Positions 9,274-18,009 of a stretch of 64,000 nucleotides of DNA are shown here, piece after piece. Location: positions 1 to 64,000 of IMG/VR virus record IMGVR_UViG_3300035670_000065, one strand, 5' to 3'. How positions within the stretch are numbered: the first letter of the stretch is position 1; every line of letters starts with the position of its first letter. A program made the translations under genes and the position numbers. The stretch is from a virus. The notes under the pieces were generated by a model, which saw only the letters and a list, made by a program, of their open reading frames with translations, searched no databases and was not told where the DNA came from.

Positions 9274-10123
9274 AGGCGTATACTATAACTACTCAGGTGC
9301 TGACGTAGTTGTTAAGTGCCTGAATCCCGATCACGATGATTCCAACCCGTCACTTCGTATTGACAAAGTGACGGGTGCTTTCCATTGCTTCGCTTGTGGT
9401 TTCAAAGGAAACATCTTTAGGTACTTTGGTGTTCTTACTAATCAGTCCTTCCTCAAAGTAGCAAAGCTAAAAGAGAAGATCAAGCAATTACGAATTGACA
9501 GAGAAGGGCTTGAAATCCCTCCGGTCGCAGTCCCATTTACACGCAGTTATCGCGGAATTAGCGCCCACACACTAGTGCATTTTAATGCCTTTTATCTTCC
9601 GGGTGAATCGAAAGAGTTAAGAGGTATGGAAGATAGAATCATATTCCCTATTAGGGATATTACTGATAAAGTAGTAATGTTTTTAGGAAGGCATACATTA
9701 AGCGATGGGAACCCTCGATACCTTAATTATCCTAGTGGTGTTAGTATTCCTCTTTTCCCTAGTCGACTCTCCGTAAGACGGCACAGTATTGTTCTAGTAG
9801 AAGGTATAATGGATATGATGAATTGCTACGACAAGGGACTAGATAATGTAGTATGTACCTTTGGTACTAATACACTACAGAAGAATACAAAAGAGAAACT
9901 GCTGCCATTTAGAACTCAGGGAGTTACTAAAGTATACATAATGTTTGATGGGGATGAGGCTGGACGCAAAGCAGCAGCTACGATTAAGCCTCTAATTGAA
10001 GAACTTGAATACGAAGTAGAAATTATTAAGTTACAAGACGATCAAGACCCTGGTGAACTAAGTCAAGACTATATTGATAGCATAAAGGAATATGTGAATG
10101 AAACCTTGTCCGTTCTGCGGTAA
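9239..10123 (+). CDS. DNA primase (CHC2 zinc finger and TOPRIM)
   Basis: CLNPDHDDSNPS...FHCFACG, RIIFPI, VLVEGIMD, MFDGDEAG, DPG. Confidence 0.93.
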   Translation: MSDYVETLLKDKGVYYNYSGADVVVKCLNPDHDDSNPSLRIDKVTGAFHCFACGFKGNIFRYFGVLTNQSFLKVAKLKEKIKQLRIDREGLEIPPVAVPFTRSYRGISAHTLVHFNAFYLPGESKELRGMEDRIIFPIRDITDKVVMFLGRHTLSDGNPRYLNYPSGVSIPLFPSRLSVRRHSIVLVEGIMDMMNCYDKGLDNVVCTFGTNTLQKNTKEKLLPFRTQGVTKVYIMFDGDEAGRKAAATIKPLIEELEYEVEIIKLQDDQDPGELSQDYIDSIKEYVNETLSVLR

Positions 10124-10346
10124 AGAAGTTGATATGGAAGAACCTGATACTCTATACCCAAGTGGGGTTGGTTGGGCATATAGTGAGCGAAGTGGTCTTA
10201 GACATTTTGTCAGTTTTCGTGATGTGCCAAAAGAACAGTGGTGCTACAGTATGAATTGCCCCGAAACTACAGGTGGATGTGGCGCAGAAATGGTTGGTAA
10301 TTCTAAGCAAGAAGCGATTGACAAGTGGAACAGGAGAGTTCAATAA
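10098..10346 (+). CDS. Lar-family (restriction alleviation-like) zinc-finger protein
   Basis: MKPCPFCG...C...CGA...AIDKWNRR pattern. Confidence 0.7.
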   Translation: MKPCPFCGKEVDMEEPDTLYPSGVGWAYSERSGLRHFVSFRDVPKEQWCYSMNCPETTGGCGAEMVGNSKQEAIDKWNRRVQ

Positions 10347-12631
10347 TGAGAATAGCACTAATAGACAAAACACCTAACCGCACAAGATACGACCAATACT
10401 TTAAGTTCGATTTCGAGCACTTCCATCTATGTTCAGAACCTAAGCAAAAGGTTCTGAAGGCAGATGTTGATATTATTATAGATACGAATGAATTTGATTA
10501 CATCGTTCTAGTGGGGGCTGAAGCGTCCAAGCATTTTGCTAAAGTGAGCGTTACTAATAGTGCCGGATTGCTTGTGGATGACAAGTACCTTCCTATTAGC
10601 AACCCCGCTATGCTTGCATTCCGCCCTGAGGGTAAGCCAGATTTCGAACGTGCAGTAGATAAGATACATAAATACATTAGTGGAGATTTGAAAGTAGGAT
10701 CTCTAATGGGCGACTTTAAAGGAATTGAAGATGAGCAGGAAGCGTTTGACTTCTTACAAGAAATACTCGATAGCGGCGCAACATACGTCGCAATGGATAC
10801 AGAAACGACGGCGCTTTATCCGCGCGATGGCTACGTACTCGGGATCTCATTATCCTATAAACCTAAGCATGGCAGATATATATCAACTGATGTATTCAGC
10901 GAGCGTTGTGTCGATCAACTCCAGAGCATTTGTGACACTAAAAAAATAGTATTCCACAATCGCAAGTTTGACGAAAAGATGCTTAGGTATCATTTCGACC
11001 TTAAGTTTCAAGCAGACTGCGACGACACTATGGTGGAGCACTACGTGCTCGATGAGACTGAAGGAACACACGGTCTAAAAGCACTGGCCATCAAGTACAC
11101 AGACTACGCTGACTACGATACTGAACTGGATGAGTTTAGGGAGAACTACTGCAAGCAGCACGGTATGCTAAAGGAGAACTTCACTTATGATCTTATTCCT
11201 TTTGATATTATCTCTACCTATGCTGCGATTGATACCGCAGTTACCCTAGAGCTGCACAATAAGTTCCGTCCTCTAATTGCGAAAAACCCTAAATTGGAGA
11301 ATCTGTACAAGACTCTCATGATTCCAGGAGTTAAGTTCCTGATGGAAATGGAAGAAGTAGGAATTCCAATGTCCATAGAGCGACTGAAAGGTGCTGAGAA
11401 GTACCTAGACGAAGAGATTGCTAAGGCTAAAGAAGCCGTTTATACATTTGAGGAGGTAAAGCGCTTTGAACAGGATAAAGGTAGTATCTTCAACCCAAAC
11501 TCAGTACCCCAACTCAGAACTGTGTTATTTGACTATGTCGGCCTCACTCCTACAGGAAAGCTTACAAAAGCGGGGGCGTTGTCAACAGACGCAGAAGTTC
11601 TCGAAGAATTATCAGAAGAACATCCCCTCCCTGCTGCAATCCTCAAAGTACGTCAACTAGGAAAAATCCGTAGTTCGTATATTAGTAAAATCCTACCGGA
11701 ACTAGACAAAGATGGACGAATTCGTACTAATTTTAACCTTACTTTCACCACTTCTGGCCGTTTATCTAGCAGCGGTAAATTTAATGCACAACAAATTCCG
11801 CGCGATGACCCAATCATTAAAGGATGCATTGTCGCACCAGCAGGATATAAGATCGTAAGCCAAGACTTAACAACTGCTGAAATGTTTTATGCAGCGGTTC
11901 TTAGTAAAGACAAGGCACTACAATCTGTATTCTCTCAAGGTGGTGACTTCCACTCAACCATTGCTAGAATGGTATTTAACCTGCCCTGTCCAGTAGAGGA
12001 TGTTAAGAAGTTATTTCCTTTAGATCGTCAGGCAGCTAAAGCAGTATCCTTCGGTATTCTATACGGTTCTGGCCCACAAAAAGTGGCAGATACCGTGAAT
12101 AAAGAAGGTGGTAACATGGATATTTCTGATGCACAGGAAGTTATTAAGCAGTACTTTAATACCTTCCACAAATTGAAAGATTGGTTAAATGAGCGTAAGC
12201 AGTTTATTTCAGCAAACGGATATACGTACAGCTTCTTTGGAAGAAAACGTCGCCTCCCTAATGTCTTCAGCACAGATAAAGGAATTGCAAGTCACGAAGT
12301 GCGAAGCGGGATCAATATGGAAGTCCAATCCCTCGCTTCTGACATTAACTTACTCGGAGCTATTGAAACAGCACAAGAACTTAGAGAACGAGGGGTGGAC
12401 GGTAAGATATTTATGCTTGTACACGACTCCATCGTTGGCCTCGTCAGGGACGATCATGTTGAACTTTACTGTGAGATACTCAAACGAAACACTCAGAAAG
12501 ACAGAGGATGTAACATACCGGGCTTCCCAATCGGTGTAGACCAAGAAGTCGGACAAGACTACAGCTTCGGAAAGTTTGAAAAGACATATGAACTTAAATC
12601 AGATATCCTTTCCCGTATACTGCCTAAGTAA
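10346..12631 (+). CDS. pol: Family A DNA polymerase with 3'-5' exonuclease
   Basis: ExoI DTETT, ExoII FHNRKFD, ExoIII YAAID, TSGRLSS, motif A QDLTTAE, motif B RQAAKAVSFGILYG, motif C VHDS; ATG at 10346 overlaps the upstream TAA. Confidence 0.97.
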   Translation: MRIALIDKTPNRTRYDQYFKFDFEHFHLCSEPKQKVLKADVDIIIDTNEFDYIVLVGAEASKHFAKVSVTNSAGLLVDDKYLPISNPAMLAFRPEGKPDFERAVDKIHKYISGDLKVGSLMGDFKGIEDEQEAFDFLQEILDSGATYVAMDTETTALYPRDGYVLGISLSYKPKHGRYISTDVFSERCVDQLQSICDTKKIVFHNRKFDEKMLRYHFDLKFQADCDDTMVEHYVLDETEGTHGLKALAIKYTDYADYDTELDEFRENYCKQHGMLKENFTYDLIPFDIISTYAAIDTAVTLELHNKFRPLIAKNPKLENLYKTLMIPGVKFLMEMEEVGIPMSIERLKGAEKYLDEEIAKAKEAVYTFEEVKRFEQDKGSIFNPNSVPQLRTVLFDYVGLTPTGKLTKAGALSTDAEVLEELSEEHPLPAAILKVRQLGKIRSSYISKILPELDKDGRIRTNFNLTFTTSGRLSSSGKFNAQQIPRDDPIIKGCIVAPAGYKIVSQDLTTAEMFYAAVLSKDKALQSVFSQGGDFHSTIARMVFNLPCPVEDVKKLFPLDRQAAKAVSFGILYGSGPQKVADTVNKEGGNMDISDAQEVIKQYFNTFHKLKDWLNERKQFISANGYTYSFFGRKRRLPNVFSTDKGIASHEVRSGINMEVQSLASDINLLGAIETAQELRERGVDGKIFMLVHDSIVGLVRDDHVELYCEILKRNTQKDRGCNIPGFPIGVDQEVGQDYSFGKFEKTYELKSDILSRILPK

Positions 12632-13091
12632 GTTCCCTCCGTCCCAAGTGGACGGAGTGAGTTTCTACATATCAGGTGACAAAGTATCCGTCATTGATGA
12701 TAAGAACGTAGAGGGGGGTAGTTTAGCTCGACGCAGACTACATTTACATATGAATGACGTAAAGCTGTATAAGCTAAAGTACGCGATCTTCTTTTTAGCA
12801 GACCTAATCAAACTGGCTAATCCTAAGCAGTGGTTTGTGGACTCTAATGGTAAGTGCTTTATCTATACTAAAACACATAATGTACCTCTACAGTTCTATG
12901 AGATTTCTAGCGTTGAGAGGCTTCCGTCCTGCACTATCATACAAGCTAAGGGAGTACATGGGAAACACAAAGTGCTGTACCCTCCGACACCAGAACAGAA
13001 GTATGTAGGCTTTCTAAAGATGAGTGCACATAGCTACGTAATCTACGGATTTTATGAAACCAAAGAAAAAGACACTAGGAGAAAAATATGA
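12588..13091 (+). CDS. Conserved T5-like hypothetical protein
   Basis: ISFPVY, IDDKNVEG.SL..RRL, FVDSNGKCF, KDTRRKI; follows the polymerase as in T5. Confidence 0.75.
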   Translation: MNLNQISFPVYCLSKFPPSQVDGVSFYISGDKVSVIDDKNVEGGSLARRRLHLHMNDVKLYKLKYAIFFLADLIKLANPKQWFVDSNGKCFIYTKTHNVPLQFYEISSVERLPSCTIIQAKGVHGKHKVLYPPTPEQKYVGFLKMSAHSYVIYGFYETKEKDTRRKI

Positions 13092-13342
13092 ATACTGATG
13101 ACTTTTTTAACTTGCCAGAAGAAGACCAAGAACGCTTAGCCAGGAACTGGGATAAACGTAGAGCTATTAAGCATCGTATGGACATGTATAGGGAACGGGA
13201 AGCTGAACTACTACAGGAACTTAGGGATATTCAAAATAAGTGCCAACACTGGATAGCTACTAAAGATTACGAAGGGGCAGATAGTAGTCAATATCTAGTT
13301 ACCTGCCCAGACTGCGGTTCAGCGTGGTACGAGGATGCCTAA
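13088..13342 (+). CDS. Hypothetical zinc-binding protein
   Basis: 84 aa, CQH...CPDCG, AGGAG RBS. Confidence 0.65.
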   Translation: MNTDDFFNLPEEDQERLARNWDKRRAIKHRMDMYREREAELLQELRDIQNKCQHWIATKDYEGADSSQYLVTCPDCGSAWYEDA

Positions 13343-14621
13343 AGCCGTCATATCAAATCGTATCTACATGGATCTGCCTGAAGACAAGCACGCATTATTT
13401 CAAGCACTCACATATAAGATAGAGATATCAGGTCACCTAGTACACGGTGCCAAACAGCGTGCAGAGATTATCAGAAACTATCGGATGGTAACACCTAAGA
13501 TAGTTTCCATTCCGCAAGGTAGGTTAGACTTAATACCTCCAGGATACGAAATCATAGATAAACGAGTCATAGAGTTCGAAGATTTTCCTGCGCCGAAGTT
13601 CGATTTATTTCCAGAACAAACTATTATCTACGATGAAGTAAATGACTCCTGCTTCATTAACGCACTACCTGGCTGGGGTAAGACCTTTACAGCCTTGCAT
13701 ATAGCCCACAAGCTAGGGCAAAAGACTCTGGTGGTAACACATACATCTGCCCTAAGAGACCAATGGATTGGGGAAGTGGAGAAGCTGTATGGATTCAAAC
13801 CTGGTATTATTGGCGGTGGGGATTACAATACTGGTAGCCCTATTGTGGTTGGAAATGTTCAAAGTCTTGTCAATAATATGGGACACGTTGCTAAGTCGTA
13901 CGGAACTCTTATCATGGACGAAGCGCACCATACTCCTGCTACTACTTTTACTAATCTCATCAACGAGTGTCATGCTAGGTATAGGATTGCACTTAGTGGG
14001 ACTATGACTCGTAAGGACGGTAAGCATATTTTATTCCCAGACTACTTTGGACCTAAAGTGTATAAACCGCCCCAAAATAATACGATGAATCCCACGATTC
14101 ACTGCATTAAGTTGGGAACTCAGTTACCTTATGGCAAGACGTGGGCAGACAAAGTAACTGCTCTACTAGAAGATCCTGAGTACATTCAGCTAATAGCGTC
14201 ACTGGCTGCAATTAAGGCTAATGAAGGACATAAAGTACTAATCATCGCTGATAGAGTACAATTTATGCATAAGCTCAAGAAGACCTTAGGTGAACGCGCA
14301 GTCGTGGTAATTGGGGAAACTAAGGATAGAGACGCCGAAATGCAGAAGATCAAGGATGGATCGGCAGAGATTATCTGTGGCTCTAGGCAAATCTTTAGTG
14401 AAGGTATCTCCCTTAACATTCTTAGCTGCCTAATAATGGCTGTACCTATTGTAAATCCTGCAACTTTGGAACAGGTCATCGGACGTATCATGCGTCTAGC
14501 AGATGGCAAGTTAGATCCAGTAGTAGTAGACCTACATTTTAAAGGTAAGGCCGAGAACAATCAGGCAAGCGCAAGATTAGGCTTCTATCTCGAAAAGGGA
14601 TGGGAAGTAAAGATACTCTAG
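13335..14621 (+). CDS. D10: SF2 helicase, T5 D10 / UvsW-like
   Basis: PGWGKT, DEAHH, LSGT, SEGIS, EQVIGRIMR. Confidence 0.93.
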   Translation: MPKAVISNRIYMDLPEDKHALFQALTYKIEISGHLVHGAKQRAEIIRNYRMVTPKIVSIPQGRLDLIPPGYEIIDKRVIEFEDFPAPKFDLFPEQTIIYDEVNDSCFINALPGWGKTFTALHIAHKLGQKTLVVTHTSALRDQWIGEVEKLYGFKPGIIGGGDYNTGSPIVVGNVQSLVNNMGHVAKSYGTLIMDEAHHTPATTFTNLINECHARYRIALSGTMTRKDGKHILFPDYFGPKVYKPPQNNTMNPTIHCIKLGTQLPYGKTWADKVTALLEDPEYIQLIASLAAIKANEGHKVLIIADRVQFMHKLKKTLGERAVVVIGETKDRDAEMQKIKDGSAEIICGSRQIFSEGISLNILSCLIMAVPIVNPATLEQVIGRIMRLADGKLDPVVVDLHFKGKAENNQASARLGFYLEKGWEVKIL

Positions 14622-14639
14622 GGGATTAAAATTTTGAAC

Positions 14640-14668
14640 TTGCAAAATCTAGTCAAACATAGTATAAT
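14640..14668 (+). promoter_or_regulatory. Sigma70-type promoter
   Basis: TTGCAA-17 nt-TATAAT preceded by AAAATTTTGAAC. Confidence 0.75.
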
Positions 14669-14686
14669 ATTATTTGTGAGTGGGAA

Positions 14687-15058
14687 ATGTCAACATTATT
14701 TTACAACTGGAAAACTGTAGAAACAGAATCCAAAGGCAACCCATTCAGTGCCGTAGAAATACTGACGAAACTACTCAATGGTAGAATTCTGAAGTATGGT
14801 CTACTTAGAAGATTAAAGGGTAGTAGTTTCTTATTGAATCCTATAAAAATCCTTTCTGAAAAGAGCGTAGATATTTTATATGTCTACCAATATCTTATCC
14901 TGGCATCTCAGAGAGATTACTCCCTTTATCATTTATATGGAATTAAATCTTTACCGCTTTCATACTATCCTGAACTACGATTAGATAGCATAAAGACTAA
15001 CCCATTACTTGAAGTAACTAAAACCGATATACTCTTTAAATACGAGGAATTAAATTAA
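14687..15058 (+). CDS. Conserved T5-like hypothetical protein
   Basis: 123 aa, GSSFLLNP...YLILASQRDY...NPLL; lies between D10 and D11 as in T5. Confidence 0.7.
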   Translation: MSTLFYNWKTVETESKGNPFSAVEILTKLLNGRILKYGLLRRLKGSSFLLNPIKILSEKSVDILYVYQYLILASQRDYSLYHLYGIKSLPLSYYPELRLDSIKTNPLLEVTKTDILFKYEELN

Positions 15059-16869
15059 ATGTCATTAAACTTTTCACAAACAAAGGGCAAGGCCCAAAGT
15101 AAGAAACTTGATAGTTTTGAATATAAAGACGGAGAAAATACTGTTCGTCTTATTGGTGGAGTTCTTCCACGCTATGTATACTGGCTTAAAGGCACAAATG
15201 GTAAAGATATTCCTGTTGAGTGCCTTGCTTTCGACCGTCAGGCAGAGAAATTCAACAACTTAGAGACGGATCACGTTCCTGCGTACTTCCCGGATAAGAA
15301 GTGTTCATGGGCATATAGCATTAATTGTATTGATCCTAGCGACGGTAAGATTAAGGTACTTAATCTTAAAAAGAAGCTATTTGAGCAGATCCTTAGTGCA
15401 GCCGACGATCTAGGCGATCCTACTGATTATGACACTGGGTTGACTTTCGCTTAATACAGCATCCTGCCCAGTATAAATTCTTCTAACTGCTGGAATCTCA
15501 CTTAGTATACACGGCAACAACGTAATCGGAAACGGTAAGCGTGATGGCAAGAAAACGGTGTATATGTGACAATCAGCAACCAAGCATCTAAGTCCTACAT
15601 TAGGATATGATGAAGGCTCAACGACTATCCCGGAAGGGAGTAGGGCTATAGCCCGAAACGGAGAAATAGTGATTATAGAGAAAGAGAAGCTGCTAGAGCT
15701 TCTAAACCAAGGATATACTAATGAGCAGCTGTCCGCTTATTTTGAGTGTGGAATTACCACAGTTAAAAGAGCAAAAAGCAAATATTCATTAGTAGGGTAT
15801 AAAACAAATAGTAAGCCCTTAACACCCAAACAAATTCAAGCAATAACTGAACTTGTTAATAACGGGAAATCCCTACAACAAATATGTAGAATTTTGGGAT
15901 TATCAGAATATCTCCTTAAAAAATATGTGGATAAGGATTTATACGCGAGAATTCTAACCTGTAGCAAGGAAGTATTCGTATCTAATCTAATAAAGGCGGA
16001 TATATCTCCTGTATTTAATCCTACCGTGGAATCTGCATACATGTGCGGAGTACTACAGAGTGACGGATTTATTACTTCTGATAACTACATTGGTATTACT
16101 ACAAAAGATAGAGATTTCACGGCCCAATTTGCTCGATTCTTCTCTACCCCCATTAGGGAAGTAGAAAAAAACGGTAACAAATACTTCGCTTGTAGGTTTA
16201 AAGATATTCGTAATGTCGAGAAGTTTAAACGAATAACTAATATTTATCCTAATAAAACCTATTCGCCTTATAGGATACCTAATTGGATAAAATCTAGTGA
16301 GGTTTTTATGTATGCGTTTATGGTAGGAGTATTTAATGGGGATGGCTGGGTGTACAAAATAAAGGGTAGAAATGCTTGTGAGATAGGTATTGAACAACAT
16401 ATTCTATCTAAGCCCTTTTTACTAGAACTAAATCAGTACTTAGGGTGGAATACTTATGAAAGTGACTCAACTTTTCGTATTCACACTAAGAAGACTGAGG
16501 CAGTGCAAGAGTTTTATACTTGGTACTCAAACTCTGAGTTTGCCCTTCTACGTAAAGTAGAAGTACTAGACTCTATAATGCTATAAGATATAGTCTGACC
16601 ATTCCTTCGGGGATGTTGTATTCAAGCGTGCCAAGACCGGCCCGTTGCCTTTCAATGTTGAGTATACTCTATCGGTTCTCCGCTGTAAAAAGCGTGCTCT
16701 ATCAGCAACTGAGCGCGCAGCAGCAGATGCAGCCGAGGATATTGATACTAAGTACGTTCGTCCTACTGACGAAGAAGTAAAAAAGACCCTAGAAAAAATC
16801 ATTGGGGGAGGTACAGACGAGGGCGATGTTACCGAGTCTGAAAAAGAAGCAGTAGCTGATCTTACTTAA
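15059..16869 (+). CDS. D11: D11-like ssDNA-binding protein, spliced: join(15059..15440,16610..16869), 213 aa
   Basis: Splicing restores DPTDYDTG-W-DVVFKRAKTGPLPFNVEY in frame (T|GG = Trp); acidic C-terminal tail; T5 synteny. Confidence 0.9.
15441..16609 (+). ncRNA. Group I self-splicing intron (IA2-like) in the SSB gene
   Basis: 5' splice site after U15440; P1 ACUGGGU/GCCCAGU with a U.G pair; P10 AGCAUCCU/GGGAUGUU; P AACUGCUGGAAU, Q AAUCAGCAAC, R CUCAACGACUAU, S AAGAUAUAGUCU; P7.1 and P7.2 hairpins; terminal G16609. Confidence 0.95.
15669..16586 (+). CDS. Intron-encoded double-motif LAGLIDADG homing endonuclease with N-terminal HTH repeats
   Basis: AYMCGVLQSDG and AFMVGVFNGDG motifs; the two ends of the ORF pair to form P8 (15666-15680 with 16571-16584). 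Confidence 0.9.
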   Translation: MIIEKEKLLELLNQGYTNEQLSAYFECGITTVKRAKSKYSLVGYKTNSKPLTPKQIQAITELVNNGKSLQQICRILGLSEYLLKKYVDKDLYARILTCSKEVFVSNLIKADISPVFNPTVESAYMCGVLQSDGFITSDNYIGITTKDRDFTAQFARFFSTPIREVEKNGNKYFACRFKDIRNVEKFKRITNIYPNKTYSPYRIPNWIKSSEVFMYAFMVGVFNGDGWVYKIKGRNACEIGIEQHILSKPFLLELNQYLGWNTYESDSTFRIHTKKTEAVQEFYTWYSNSEFALLRKVEVLDSIML

Positions 16870-16872
16870 CAG

Positions 16873-16898
16873 AGAGGCCCCGTAATGGGGCCTTTTTT
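16873..16898 (+). terminator. Rho-independent terminator
   Basis: AGGCCCC-gtaat-GGGGCCT followed by a T run. Confidence 0.88.
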
Positions 16899-16915
16899 GC
16901 CTGGAGAAATAACCA

Positions 16916-17044
16916 ATGGGATTTAGTCTTGAAAGATTTTTTGAGGAACTTGAGTACATGGTGTCTCATGGAGTCAGCCACCTGGAAGTTCTAAACTATA
17001 TTGAACACATGAAGCAGTATGCGAAGGACTGTAATCAACTATGA
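16916..17044 (+). CDS. Small hypothetical protein (42 aa, not in ORF track)
   Basis: GGAG RBS; MGFSLERFFEELEYMVSHG...; ATGA overlap with D12. Confidence 0.6.
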   Translation: MGFSLERFFEELEYMVSHGVSHLEVLNYIEHMKQYAKDCNQL

Positions 17045-18009
17045 AACTTCTTGTTTCGGCGGATTACCATATCAAGCTGAAAACAAAGAACATACCTGAT
17101 ACATGGGCACGTAACCGCTTTATATCTCTATTCCAGAAGTTGAGAGAACTAGAAGATACAGTGGAGCTGCACATAGTAGCGGGGGACTTCTTTGACAAAG
17201 TTCCCAGCTTAGAAGAATTGGAACTATACTACGAGTTCGTAGCAACGCGCAGCAGAATGTGTACCACCCTTATTATCCCAGGAAATCATGAGGCTATAAA
17301 GAAGGGTACTACATTCTTTTCGTTTTTGAAAAACATTACAGAACGCATTAACCCTTGCGTTCATGTGGTAGATCAAGTCTATAACCACGTTGGTATCGAC
17401 TTCCTACCATACAACAAACTAAAGGATTTTGAAAAAGATCCTGACTTATTTGAGTTCGAAGGTAACATTCTAGTAACTCACGTTCGCGGAGAGATTCCTC
17501 CCCATGTTAAACCGGAAGTAAATCTTGAAATTTTTGACAGATGGAAAGTGGTATTGGCGGGTGATCTTCATAGCTATGATAATTGCCAGCGTAATATCCT
17601 TTATCCTGGATCCCCAGTTACTACTTCTTTTCATAGGAGTCCTACTAGTACCGGGGTTATTATTCTCGATACCGATACTCTTAATCATGAGTTCGTAAAG
17701 TTAGATTTGCCTCAGTTAATCCGTAAGACAGTTAAAGTCGGGGAAGATATGGTAGCAGATCCATATCACCATGTTATCTATGAAGTAGAGGGTGACATGA
17801 CAGAGCTAGCCGCAGTAATGGATAGTGATCTGCTAGATAAGAAAGTTGTAAAGAGATCGGTGGATACGGCTCTTATACTTTCGCCAGAGATGAGCATAGA
17901 AGAAGAAATTACAGACTATCTCACATTTATTTTAGAACTGCCTGAAGAAACTATTGAAAAGGCACTAAAGGTATTCCATGATAACATTAAAAACACTGAA
18001 ATGGTCTAA
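17041..18009 (+). CDS. D12: SbcD/Mre11-like metallophosphoesterase nuclease (T5 D12)
   Basis: ADYH, AGDFFD, PGNHE, AGDLH, YPGS. Confidence 0.93.
   Translation: MKLLVSADYHIKLKTKNIPDTWARNRFISLFQKLRELEDTVELHIVAGDFFDKVPSLEELELYYEFVATRSRMCTTLIIPGNHEAIKKGTTFFSFLKNITERINPCVHVVDQVYNHVGIDFLPYNKLKDFEKDPDLFEFEGNILVTHVRGEIPPHVKPEVNLEIFDRWKVVLAGDLHSYDNCQRNILYPGSPVTTSFHRSPTSTGVIILDTDTLNHEFVKLDLPQLIRKTVKVGEDMVADPYHHVIYEVEGDMTELAAVMDSDLLDKKVVKRSVDTALILSPEMSIEEEITDYLTFILELPEETIEKALKVFHDNIKNTEMV

Noticed and set aside
15059-15454. Truncated SSB pseudogene plus a separate 74-aa ORF at 16645
   Set aside because: Better explained as two exons of one spliced gene
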